Positions 19,516 to 26,924 of a stretch of DNA of 33,765 nucleotides are shown piece after piece; within the stretch, counting starts at the first letter, position 1, and each line of letters starts with the position of its first letter. The notes beneath the pieces are model-generated. The model had not been told where the DNA came from, searched no databases, and saw only the letters and a program-made list of their open reading frames with translations. Position numbers and translations under genes: made by a program. This DNA comes from an uncultured Pirellulales bacterium (lineage in GTDB: Bacteria; Planctomycetota; Phycisphaerae; Sedimentisphaerales; Anaerobacaceae): assembly GCA_964353475.1 (NCBI GenBank), contig CAYGVZ010000001.1:1-33765 (forward strand), read 5' to 3'.

Positions 19516-19581
19516 TTCTAATCGCGGCGTAGCGAAAACTCCCGTGAATAGTCGGTCTCCATTCCACTCGACTCAAAAGTG

Positions 19582-20238
19582 CTATGTTTCGACTGTGTGA
19601 GGCAAATGGTTAAGCGGGCAATCCGCACAATTTGGTCTCGGTCTGCAAAACTCTTTGCCCACCCGCACTAACAGTGCATGATACTCGTTGAATAACTGTA
19701 CCTCTTGGGGCAGGTTTGACTGAAACAGGTCCTGCAGACGGTCGTAATCGGCCTCGGCCTCAATCAAATGATGACGACAGGCGATTCTGGCGGTATAGGC
19801 ATCGACCACGAAAATCGGCCTGTTGAGGGCATACAGCAAAATCGAATCGGCGGTCTCTTTGCCGACGCCCTTCACCTGCAAAAGCTCGCGGCGCAACTCT
19901 TCGGTAGCAACTGCATCCAATAACGATAAATCGCCATCATACTTTTCAAAAAGCCACGATATGAAGTTCTTGAGCCGTCCGGCCTTAATGTTGTAGTAGC
20001 CGGCCGGACGAATCATCTCCGCCAACTCTCGCGGCGCAAGTTTCCGTATTCGCACGGGGCTAAGCACATCCACGACCCTCAGGTTGCCTATCGCCTTCTC
20101 GACGTTCCCCCAGTTTGTATTCTGCGTCAATATCGCCCCGACCATTATCTCGAACTGCGTCTGGCCGGGCCACCAGTGCTGCGGGCCGAATCGTTCAAAC
20201 ATCGCCTCGTAAATCTGCGTCAATTGTTCGCTTTGCAT
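19582..20238 (-). CDS. endonuclease III-related HhH-GPD protein
   Basis: Motifs: HhH LLQVKGVGKETADSILLYAL, VVDAYTARI and C-terminal FCRPRPNCADCPL. I prefer the ATG at 20238 (AAGGGA 9 nt upstream). The track ORF extends to a GTG at 20274 (230 aa). Confidence 0.75.
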   Translation of the reverse strand: MQSEQLTQIYEAMFERFGPQHWWPGQTQFEIMVGAILTQNTNWGNVEKAIGNLRVVDVLSPVRIRKLAPRELAEMIRPAGYYNIKAGRLKNFISWLFEKYDGDLSLLDAVATEELRRELLQVKGVGKETADSILLYALNRPIFVVDAYTARIACRHHLIEAEADYDRLQDLFQSNLPQEVQLFNEYHALLVRVGKEFCRPRPNCADCPLNHLPHTVET

Positions 20239-20386
20239 AACTCGTTTTCCCTTACTCAAACCACGGTTGTTCACGTCGGTTCCATCATCAACAGTATGCT
20301 ATCGGCAGCCCCTTATTGCAATTCTGATGCCGACCCGATAAACTGTCCATTGCAAAAAAATATTTTCCACGGAAAGGACGAACAGT

Positions 20387-21241
20387 TTGGCAACCAAAGG
20401 AATGGCGGACAAATTCAGATTCAGCTCCAGCCAGGTGTTTAACTTTACAAGGGATTCCTACCTCGAACGGACAAGCCGTCCGATTTACGCACTCGTCTTT
20501 CTGTTTCCCTTCATTGCCTTCTACGAGCTGGGGACCATCCTCATCAACACCGACGTCCTCAATCATACCCAGGTGCGGGTCGTTGCCTTTGTATGGCTCC
20601 AGCATTTTCTCGACTACCTCAACTTCGGCGGCAAGTTCGTCTGGGCGGCGCCCGCCCTGATGGTGATTGTGATTCTGATGGCCCTGCAACTGGTCTCCGG
20701 CAAAAAGTGGCGCGTCTGGCCCGCTGACCTCTGGCCTATGGCGATTGAGTGCATCCTGCTGGCCATACCGCTTATTGTGCTCAGCTTGTTCGTACAGGGG
20801 ATGAACGGGCAAGTCAGCCAGACCGCCGTCCCCGTGCAGCTCGCGGCTGCTCGCTCCTGGCCCGACAAAACCGCGCTTCTGGCGGACATCGTAACCGGCG
20901 TCGGCGCCGGCATATATGAAGAAATGCTCTTCCGCCTCATTCTGATTTGCCTGCTTATGCTGTTCTTCCAGGACGTGCTGCGGATGAGCAGGAAAAACGC
21001 CATCGTCGTCTCCGTCCTCGTTTCAGCAGCGATGTTCAGCGCCCATCATCACGTGATTTTTCTCAACGGACAGCTCAGCAACAACGACGCATTTGACTGG
21101 ACAAAATTCATATTCAGGACTTTAGCGGGCGTATATTTCGCCGTTGTTTTCGCCATCCGCGGCTTCGGAATCACCGCCGGCACGCACGCATTTTACGACA
21201 TCATCGCCACGCTGATTAACGCCACGTTCTTTTGTTCGTAA
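20387..21241 (+). CDS. CPBP family intramembrane glutamic endopeptidase (CAAX-protease-like)
   Basis: Multi-pass membrane ORF with the three CPBP motifs: IYEEMLFRLIL (EExxxR), MFSAHHH (FxxxH) and THAFYD (HxxxD/N). TTG start at 20387 with AAGGA 8 nt upstream. Alternative ATG at 20402. Confidence 0.8.
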   Translation: MATKGMADKFRFSSSQVFNFTRDSYLERTSRPIYALVFLFPFIAFYELGTILINTDVLNHTQVRVVAFVWLQHFLDYLNFGGKFVWAAPALMVIVILMALQLVSGKKWRVWPADLWPMAIECILLAIPLIVLSLFVQGMNGQVSQTAVPVQLAAARSWPDKTALLADIVTGVGAGIYEEMLFRLILICLLMLFFQDVLRMSRKNAIVVSVLVSAAMFSAHHHVIFLNGQLSNNDAFDWTKFIFRTLAGVYFAVVFAIRGFGITAGTHAFYDIIATLINATFFCS

Positions 21242-21378
21242 AAACTTTGCCCATTCGCCGTCCCCCCTCAGTTTTTTTTTCTGAGAATCGCCTGCTGTTA
21301 CTCGTTTCCCCTGCGTAGCTTGCAAAATTTTCGTCCTATAAGTATCTAAAAAGCCCCTATCAGTACTGTTAAGGGGGC

Positions 21379-21408
21379 TTGAATCGCACCGCCTGTTTTT
21401 TGTATAAT
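21379..21408 (+). promoter_or_regulatory. candidate promoter of the DUF2617-like gene
   Basis: TTGAAT (21379-21384), 18-nt spacer, TATAAT (21403-21408) preceded by TG. Confidence 0.4.
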
Positions 21409-21457
21409 GAGGTTGAACGAAGAAGATTCAACAGACGTTTACGAGGTTTGTCGTATT

Positions 21458-22003
21458 ATGGAATCGTCTCCGATCAACGTAGCAATCGAAGAACTGTCCT
21501 TCAGCTTGTTCCAGAGGCCGTTGCATCCGGAATTGTTTACCGTTTTCGCCAGCCGAAAGCTCAGGACTGAGAAATACGAAGCGCACATCTGGATTACCGG
21601 CTGCACGCACGTCGTCAGCATCTTTTCCGGCGACGTCTGCCTGACCGAGGTAATCAGCGCCCCGGGCCAGATGCTTCCTCAGCGAGGCCTTATCGAGCGA
21701 TTCCAGTTCCGCGGCCCGCGCTCGCACAAGTGCACCCTCAGCCGTGGCGTCAGTTATATGACCGATTTCCAGGTCGAGCGAATGAGCGCTAACCTCTATC
21801 GGCAAAGCCATACCGACCTCGAGCGCTTCGGACGCGACCGCGGCATCTTCATGAAATTCCCCGAACTTGAAATAGACGGGCTGCAACCCTTCTGCTACAT
21901 TGATTACGAGGCCAGGCGGACCGAACTGCACCTCCATACCTTCGCCGCCTACCCAGACCAGATTGCGATGATTAAAACCCAGTCCCTCTTCGACTTCCAG
22001 TAA
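21458..22003 (+). CDS. conserved hypothetical protein (possibly DUF2617 family)
   Basis: Open frame 21407-22003. The ATG at 21407 overlaps the putative -10 box, so I start at ATG 21458 (MESSPINV...). The motif FQRPLHPELF reminds me of DUF2617 proteins (recollection only). Confidence 0.5.
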   Translation: MESSPINVAIEELSFSLFQRPLHPELFTVFASRKLRTEKYEAHIWITGCTHVVSIFSGDVCLTEVISAPGQMLPQRGLIERFQFRGPRSHKCTLSRGVSYMTDFQVERMSANLYRQSHTDLERFGRDRGIFMKFPELEIDGLQPFCYIDYEARRTELHLHTFAAYPDQIAMIKTQSLFDFQ

Positions 22004-22109
22004 TCGCGTGGCCGGCGCCGATTAGATTTGCTTACCCGGCAGCGCGGTGAATTTCTGCGCTCCTGCAGCTCGCCTCCGTTCACAAGCATACCAATAATAC
22101 AGATGGCCG

Positions 22110-23099
22110 TCAGACGCCCTTCTGTTCGACTTTGCGTTTGAGGATTTCAAGTTTCTCGCGGATTTCCTCGGCCATTCTGCTGTTGGGAAATTCCCGCGTG
22201 ATGTCAAGGCCCGTTTCGAGCGCCTTCGTCCACTGTCCGCCTGAGACAGCCAGTGAGAACTGCACGCCGAGATTGTGCAGCTTTGTCCTGAAAACGTCCC
22301 TCGCGGCCTCCTGCAAAGCAAGCCCCTCGTTAGCCGTCAGGTACTGGTCAAGCTCACGCAGGATTTCCAAACTGCGGTCGGTGGCCTGGCGCTTCACCGC
22401 ATCGTCCCATGCGTTGAGCAGCACTTTCTTGCGCTCGTCCTTTTTCTCATTCAGCCGCTGCCGCATTGCAAGGGCCTTTTCGGAATTGGAAGAGGCCTTT
22501 ATCAACTGCTCGATGTGTGCACTTGCCTTTGCCCATTGATGCTCTTCCAGCAGCTTTTCGATATGCGCTATCACCTGGTTCATTCGCTCGACATCGCTCG
22601 CATCCCGATACTTAGTTGCCTGCACCCGCAGTTGCTCGGCCAGTCTTTTATTCCCGGTGCGGTGGGCAATCTCATCTATGATTTCGCCGGCGGCGTCGAA
22701 GTCCTTCTGCTGGAGCTTGTCGAAGACCGCGTCCTGCAGCGTCCGCATCTCAGCATCACGAAACGCAATCGACTTGGTCGTCTCCGTCAGTCGGCTGCCC
22801 TGATTGACCTGCGCGAGGATTTCGCGCGTCTTGGCCAGCTCGTCCGCCAGGTTGTCCAGCTTGGCGTTACCATCGTCGATTGCGTCCGCCGTCCTGAACA
22901 CCGCCGTCAGAATCAGCACAAGAGCGATAACAATGATAATCGCCGCTAACATGAATATAATCTGCGGGATTGCGACACCCTTCTCGGCGTCGAAAACGTC
23001 CGTAAAAATGACCAGCAGCACCACACCAATCAGTGCAACGTAGATTGCCAGGCCGTGCCATTTGAATCGGCCGATAGGATTGTCTTTTCCAAGATTCAT
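22110..23099 (-). CDS. membrane-anchored coiled-coil protein of unknown function
   Basis: 329-aa ORF. It has two N-terminal hydrophobic helices (LAIYVALIGVVLLVIF; IIFMLAAIIIVIALVLILTAVF). A long Glu/Lys/Ala/Leu-rich helical region follows. Confidence 0.6.
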   Translation of the reverse strand: MNLGKDNPIGRFKWHGLAIYVALIGVVLLVIFTDVFDAEKGVAIPQIIFMLAAIIIVIALVLILTAVFRTADAIDDGNAKLDNLADELAKTREILAQVNQGSRLTETTKSIAFRDAEMRTLQDAVFDKLQQKDFDAAGEIIDEIAHRTGNKRLAEQLRVQATKYRDASDVERMNQVIAHIEKLLEEHQWAKASAHIEQLIKASSNSEKALAMRQRLNEKKDERKKVLLNAWDDAVKRQATDRSLEILRELDQYLTANEGLALQEAARDVFRTKLHNLGVQFSLAVSGGQWTKALETGLDITREFPNSRMAEEIREKLEILKRKVEQKGV

Positions 23100-23236
23100 A
23101 AAGCCCCTTCCACAAACAGGTTTATTGAATCCATCACTCGTATTATAATGCTTGAGGTGTGATTATGTCAATGAACGATTAGCGGGATGTTGGCGTGTGG
23201 GTGCGCTTCAGATTTATAGGTAAACGCTTTCTTGGG

Positions 23237-23263
23237 GTCATTGCGAGCGCAGCGAAGCAATCT
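23237..23263. repeat. 27-nt repeat copy A (GTCATTGCGAGCGCAGCGAAGCAATCT)
   Basis: Identical 27-mer also at 33423-33449, in the same orientation. Confidence 0.85.
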
Positions 23264-23265
23264 TT

Positions 23266-23299
23266 ACCCGCCGCTTGTCCGCTGTAGGCGGGTTCTTTT
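23266..23299 (+). promoter_or_regulatory. terminator-like hairpin in the serpin 5' leader
   Basis: 7-bp stem ACCCGCC (23266-23272) / GGCGGGT (23287-23293) with a 14-nt loop, followed by TCTTTT. It lies 35-70 nt upstream of the serpin ATG and directly 3' of the 27-mer repeat. Confidence 0.3.
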
Positions 23300-23333
23300 G
23301 GCGGGTCAAGGCCCGCAAATAGGGAGACAGCCA

Positions 23334-24572
23334 ATGAAAACGCTCAAATCAGGCCTTGCACTGGTGATTGTGGCGGCGGCCGCTTGTTCTGCCGCAACAC
23401 CATCGCAAATCGACTCTGCTCAGAACGCATTGACCGAGGGCAATAACAAATTCGCCCTTGAACTCTACCAGAAGCTCTCCCCGCAGCCGGGAAATCTCTT
23501 TTTCTCGCCGTACAGCATCTCGACTGCCCTGGCGCTTGCCTATGGAGGCGCTCGCAACCGGACCGCTGAACAAATGGCTGATGTCCTGCACTTTCCCACC
23601 CGCTGTCAAGAGCCGAACAAAGCCGCCGTCAGCGAGATTGATTTCCACGCCGTCTTCGGCAGTGCAATCAGGAATTTCAACGAACAAGGCGGCAAGGGCG
23701 CCTATGAATTGACCGTAGCCAACGCCTTGTGGGGACAAAAGGGTTACGCTTTTCTGCCGCAGTATATGAAACTTGTGCAAACGCAATACGACAGCGAATT
23801 GCAGGATGTTGACTTCTCGGCCAATATCGAGGCCGCCAGGATAATCAATACCTGGGTCGCGCAAAAAACAAAGGAAAAGATAAAAGACCTTATTCAGCCG
23901 GGCGCATTGAATTCTTTGACTCGGCTGGTCCTGACCAACGCCATTTACTTCAAGGGCAAATGGGCAAGCCAGTTCAGCAAAGACACGACTCGGCAGGAAC
24001 CATTCTTTCTGGCGGATGCCGGCAAGGCCGATGTCCCTATGATGAATCAGAAAGAACATTTCAAGTACGCTGAGGATAATGATTGTCAGGTCCTTGAAAT
24101 GCCCTATGTGGGGGATGAACTTTCGATGATTATCCTGCTGCCGAAAGATACTAAAGGCATCGACACACTTGAGAAAAACCTCACCGCCGATGCGCTCTCG
24201 GGCCGCCTCGCCAAACTTCGCAAAGACGAGGTCAGTGTTTTCATTCCCAGGTTCAAAGTTACGAGCCAGTTCGGTTTGAATGACGTCCTGGCCTCGATGG
24301 GAATGAAGGACGCATTCTCGCCCAATGCTGCTGACTTCTCGGGTATGACGGGCAATAGAGAACTGTTTATCTCGGCGGTCGTTCACAAGGCATACGTGGA
24401 TGTCAACGAGGAGGGTACCGAGGCCGCCGCGGCCACTGGCGTGGTAATGAGCACAACTGCAATAAGGCAAGTGCCCGTGTTCCGCGCCGACCATCCGTTT
24501 ATTTACCTTATCCGCGACAATGTCACGGGCAGTATCCTCTTCCTCGGCCGAATGGCAAATCCCGCAAATTGA
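23334..24572 (+). CDS. serpin family protease inhibitor, secreted (possibly a lipoprotein)
   Basis: ATG at 23334 with AGGGAGA at 23321-23327. Signal peptide MKTLKSGLALVIVAAAACSA. Serpin blocks FSPYSISTALALAYGGA, NAIYFKGKW, hinge EEGTEAAAATG and FRADHPFIYLIRD. Confidence 0.9.
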   Translation: MKTLKSGLALVIVAAAACSAATPSQIDSAQNALTEGNNKFALELYQKLSPQPGNLFFSPYSISTALALAYGGARNRTAEQMADVLHFPTRCQEPNKAAVSEIDFHAVFGSAIRNFNEQGGKGAYELTVANALWGQKGYAFLPQYMKLVQTQYDSELQDVDFSANIEAARIINTWVAQKTKEKIKDLIQPGALNSLTRLVLTNAIYFKGKWASQFSKDTTRQEPFFLADAGKADVPMMNQKEHFKYAEDNDCQVLEMPYVGDELSMIILLPKDTKGIDTLEKNLTADALSGRLAKLRKDEVSVFIPRFKVTSQFGLNDVLASMGMKDAFSPNAADFSGMTGNRELFISAVVHKAYVDVNEEGTEAAAATGVVMSTTAIRQVPVFRADHPFIYLIRDNVTGSILFLGRMANPAN

Positions 24573-24693
24573 CAAACCGGACAGGAGAAGAACCCAATTA
24601 TTACGCTGAAAATGAAGATGAGGCCAGATGGGGTTGATTCTGGGACAGGTGGGGGTGAATCTGCGTTTTTAAGGTGGAAATGGGGTTTCTGGT

Positions 24694-24727
24694 GGTCAGA
24701 TGGGGTTGTTAAATGGTCAGATGGGGT
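24694..24727. repeat. direct 13-mer repeat GGTCAGATGGGGT x2 (21-nt period)
   Basis: Copies at 24694-24706 and 24715-24727. The core CAGATGGGG also occurs at 24625-24633. Embedded in a G-tract-rich spacer. Confidence 0.8.
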
Positions 24728-24752
24728 AGGTATGGACCCCATCTAAGTTTTT
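24719..24752 (+). terminator. rho-independent terminator candidate downstream of the serpin gene
   Basis: 9-bp stem AGATGGGGT (24719-24727) / ACCCCATCT (24736-24744) with an 8-nt loop. AAG then TTTTT (24748-24752) follow. Confidence 0.5.
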
Positions 24753-24799
24753 AAGCAAAAAACAAAGATTTTGGTGTGCTTCCTTGATTGGAGCGAAAG

Positions 24800-26335
24800 A
24801 TGGGTAATTCAATTTCGAGGCGAAGGTTCCTGCGGGCGGTCGGGGCGGGGGCAATGTATTCAGTCCTTTCACGCTGCGTCGAGGGCGCTGATGAGCAGGT
24901 TAATATGCGTCCGGCTTATCATATCACCTCTTACAACGAAGTGGCCTGGCCCTTTGACCCCAACGCCGCCATTTACTGGAAAGGCCGCTATCACCTTATG
25001 TACATCAGGAAAAGCCCGGGCGGCTGGGGACACGTCTCCAGCGAGGACCTCATCCGCTGGAAAAGACATCCTAACGCCGTCATCTTCGACCTCAGCGGCA
25101 ACGCATTTATCAACAAAGAGGGCATTCCAACCATCGTCTCCGGCCACGGAGGCGTTTCGGTGGCTATTGCCCAGGACGAAGATTTGAATGTATGGAAGTT
25201 CATATCCATAAAGAAAGGCCCTCAATTCGGCGACCCGCATCCCTCACAGTTCGACCTCTGGGACCCCCACGGCTGGCTGGAAGGAGACAGATATTTCGCC
25301 ATCTTCGGCTGTCACCCGTGGAGGCGTCCGATTCCCGCCACGGTCTGGAAATCGACGGATTTGAAAAGATGGCACTATATCGGCCCGCTGCTCAGTCGCG
25401 AAATGCCCGATGTCGAACCCTTCGAAGACATCTCCTGCCCCGATTTCTTCAAGCTCGGCGATAAACATATGCTACTGTGCATATCTCACATAAAGGGCGC
25501 ACGCTACTATCTCGGGGAGTTCAGGGATGAGCAGTTTCACCCTGAATCGCACGCCCGAATGAACTGGCCCGGCGGCGCCTGCTTTGCTCCCGAAACCCTG
25601 CTCGACCACAAGGGCAGACGCATTATGTGGGCCTGGGCAACCGACAGCCACCGATACCCCAAACGACAATTAGCTCTCGGCTGGGCCGGTACCCTGACGA
25701 TGCCGCGAGTGCTCTCCCTGGCCTCCGACAGCACGCTTCTAATCAAGCCCGTAGAGGAATATGAGAACCTGCGACAAAATCTGCGGAAATATGAAAATAT
25801 CGCAGTCGATGCCGGCACCGAAAAGCTGCTCAAAGATATCAGCGGCGACTGCCTCGAACTGATGGTCGAAATGGCTCCGGGCTTTAACTCGCGGTGCGGC
25901 GTCAAGGTCCGACGCAGCCCACAAATGCAGGAGCAGACCGTCATATCCTGTGACCCGCGAAAAAAGCTGCTGCGCATCGACGTTGAAAAAAGCTCGCTGG
26001 ACAGGGAAATCGTCTATCATACATACGTGCAGAACTACGACGGCAGGCATAACACCCCGCCGGCAAGCGCAAATCTTCCGGTAACGGCTCAGGAAGCGCC
26101 CTTCGAGCTGAAGACCGGCGAGCCGCTGCAACTGCGAATCTTCCTCGACCGCACAATACTCGAGGTCTTCGCCAACGACCGTCAATGCCTGACCCAGCGC
26201 ATCTACCCCACACGTCCTGACAGCATCGGCGTATCTCTGTTCAGCACAGACGGCAGCGCCGAATTCACATCCCTCAAAGCATGGGATATGGCGCCGATTG
26301 CGGTCGAACCGGATAGTGAAGGACAACAGGCCTGA
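24800..26335 (+). CDS. glycoside hydrolase family 32-like protein (beta-propeller + beta-sandwich), Tat signal
   Basis: ATG at 24800 (GGAG 6 nt upstream). Tat motif SRRRFLRAVGAGA. GH32-like blocks WPFDPNAAIYWKGRYHLMY (cf. WMNDPNG...YHLFYQ), LWDPHGW (RDP-type), ISCPDFF (ECP-type position) and the C-terminal LRIFLDRTILEVFANDRQ. Confidence 0.75.
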   Translation: MGNSISRRRFLRAVGAGAMYSVLSRCVEGADEQVNMRPAYHITSYNEVAWPFDPNAAIYWKGRYHLMYIRKSPGGWGHVSSEDLIRWKRHPNAVIFDLSGNAFINKEGIPTIVSGHGGVSVAIAQDEDLNVWKFISIKKGPQFGDPHPSQFDLWDPHGWLEGDRYFAIFGCHPWRRPIPATVWKSTDLKRWHYIGPLLSREMPDVEPFEDISCPDFFKLGDKHMLLCISHIKGARYYLGEFRDEQFHPESHARMNWPGGACFAPETLLDHKGRRIMWAWATDSHRYPKRQLALGWAGTLTMPRVLSLASDSTLLIKPVEEYENLRQNLRKYENIAVDAGTEKLLKDISGDCLELMVEMAPGFNSRCGVKVRRSPQMQEQTVISCDPRKKLLRIDVEKSSLDREIVYHTYVQNYDGRHNTPPASANLPVTAQEAPFELKTGEPLQLRIFLDRTILEVFANDRQCLTQRIYPTRPDSIGVSLFSTDGSAEFTSLKAWDMAPIAVEPDSEGQQA

Positions 26336-26551
26336 AAAACCCGGCACAAGACAAATCTGCAAACCTGCCAATCAGGTAAATCTAAATCCGGTGACACCAT
26401 AATTTGTTCCTTATCGTTTGCAAATACAACTGCCGGACAGCCATCTATGGTGAATTACGGGTGGGAAGCCGGGTTCGAAATTATTGGTTCTCCGTGTAAT
26501 CCGCGATTAAAAATCTTCGTGCCTTTGTGCCTTTGTGGTGGAAAATTTCAC

Positions 26552-26580
26552 TTGACACAAAACAATCCTTATTGTATAAT
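26552..26580 (+). promoter_or_regulatory. perfect-consensus sigma70-type promoter (orphan)
   Basis: TTGACA (26552-26557), 17-nt spacer, TATAAT (26575-26580). An A/T-rich block GAAAATTTCA lies at 26541-50. Tandem GTGCCTTT x2 sits at 26519-26534. There is no downstream plus-strand gene. Confidence 0.5.
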
Positions 26581-26924
26581 TCCCATCGAACAATGAGAAA
26601 GTGAGCATTCTATGTTAGATTCGGAGAGTTCATCGACTACCGCTCGTAGCGCAGCGGAGACCCCGCACCTACTTCCACTGCCGCATCCGCTTCCTAATCA
26701 TCTTGCCCAACCTACCCACTTTAACCCCCGAACACCCCTTCGCTCTAAGAAGTCGGTGCGGGGCATCTTACCCAATTTCCTCTTGCTGGCAGGGTGTGAT
26801 TATGCAAAACGAACCCAATTTCCGAAGATGCAGAATGAACTTAACCCCCTACTCAAAAAGAACTTATGCAAAAACCACCCTCTCCGCCGACCCGAAAAAC
26901 AAAGCCAAAACAAAGCCAATCGAA

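Noticed and set aside
21265-21290. Terminator after the CPBP gene (CTCAG-T9-CTGAG)
   Set aside because: The stem is only 5 bp and the T-run forms the loop rather than a 3' tail. It is too weak to call.
23125-23149. TTGAAT ... TATAAT upstream of the serpin as a strong promoter
   Set aside because: The spacer between TTGAAT (23125-23130) and TATAAT (23144-23149) is only 13 nt. With 17-nt spacing the -35 would be the poor TTTATT. I keep it only as a weak possibility inside the serpin-leader finding.
23349-24575. 408-aa minus-strand ORF spanning the whole serpin gene in antisense
   Set aside because: It exactly shadows a gene with unmistakable serpin motifs on the plus strand. Its translation is Arg/Gly/His-rich with no recognisable domain or SD. 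Long antisense ORFs are expected in GC-rich coding DNA.
24625-24744. Possible mini-CRISPR from repeated CAGATGGGG units
   Set aside because: The repeats are only 9-13 nt, there are three copies, spacers are 8-60 nt and irregular, and there are no cas genes.
24612-24746. 44-codon Trp-rich ORF (MKMRPDGVDSGTGGGESAFLRWKWGFWWSDGVVKWSDGVGMDPI) in the serpin-GH32 spacer, considered as a possible peptide precursor
   Set aside because: Its repeated xDGV motif is just the translation of the CAGATGGGG DNA repeats. The nearest SD-like AGGAGA is about 25 nt upstream (too far). No modifying-enzyme genes are nearby.
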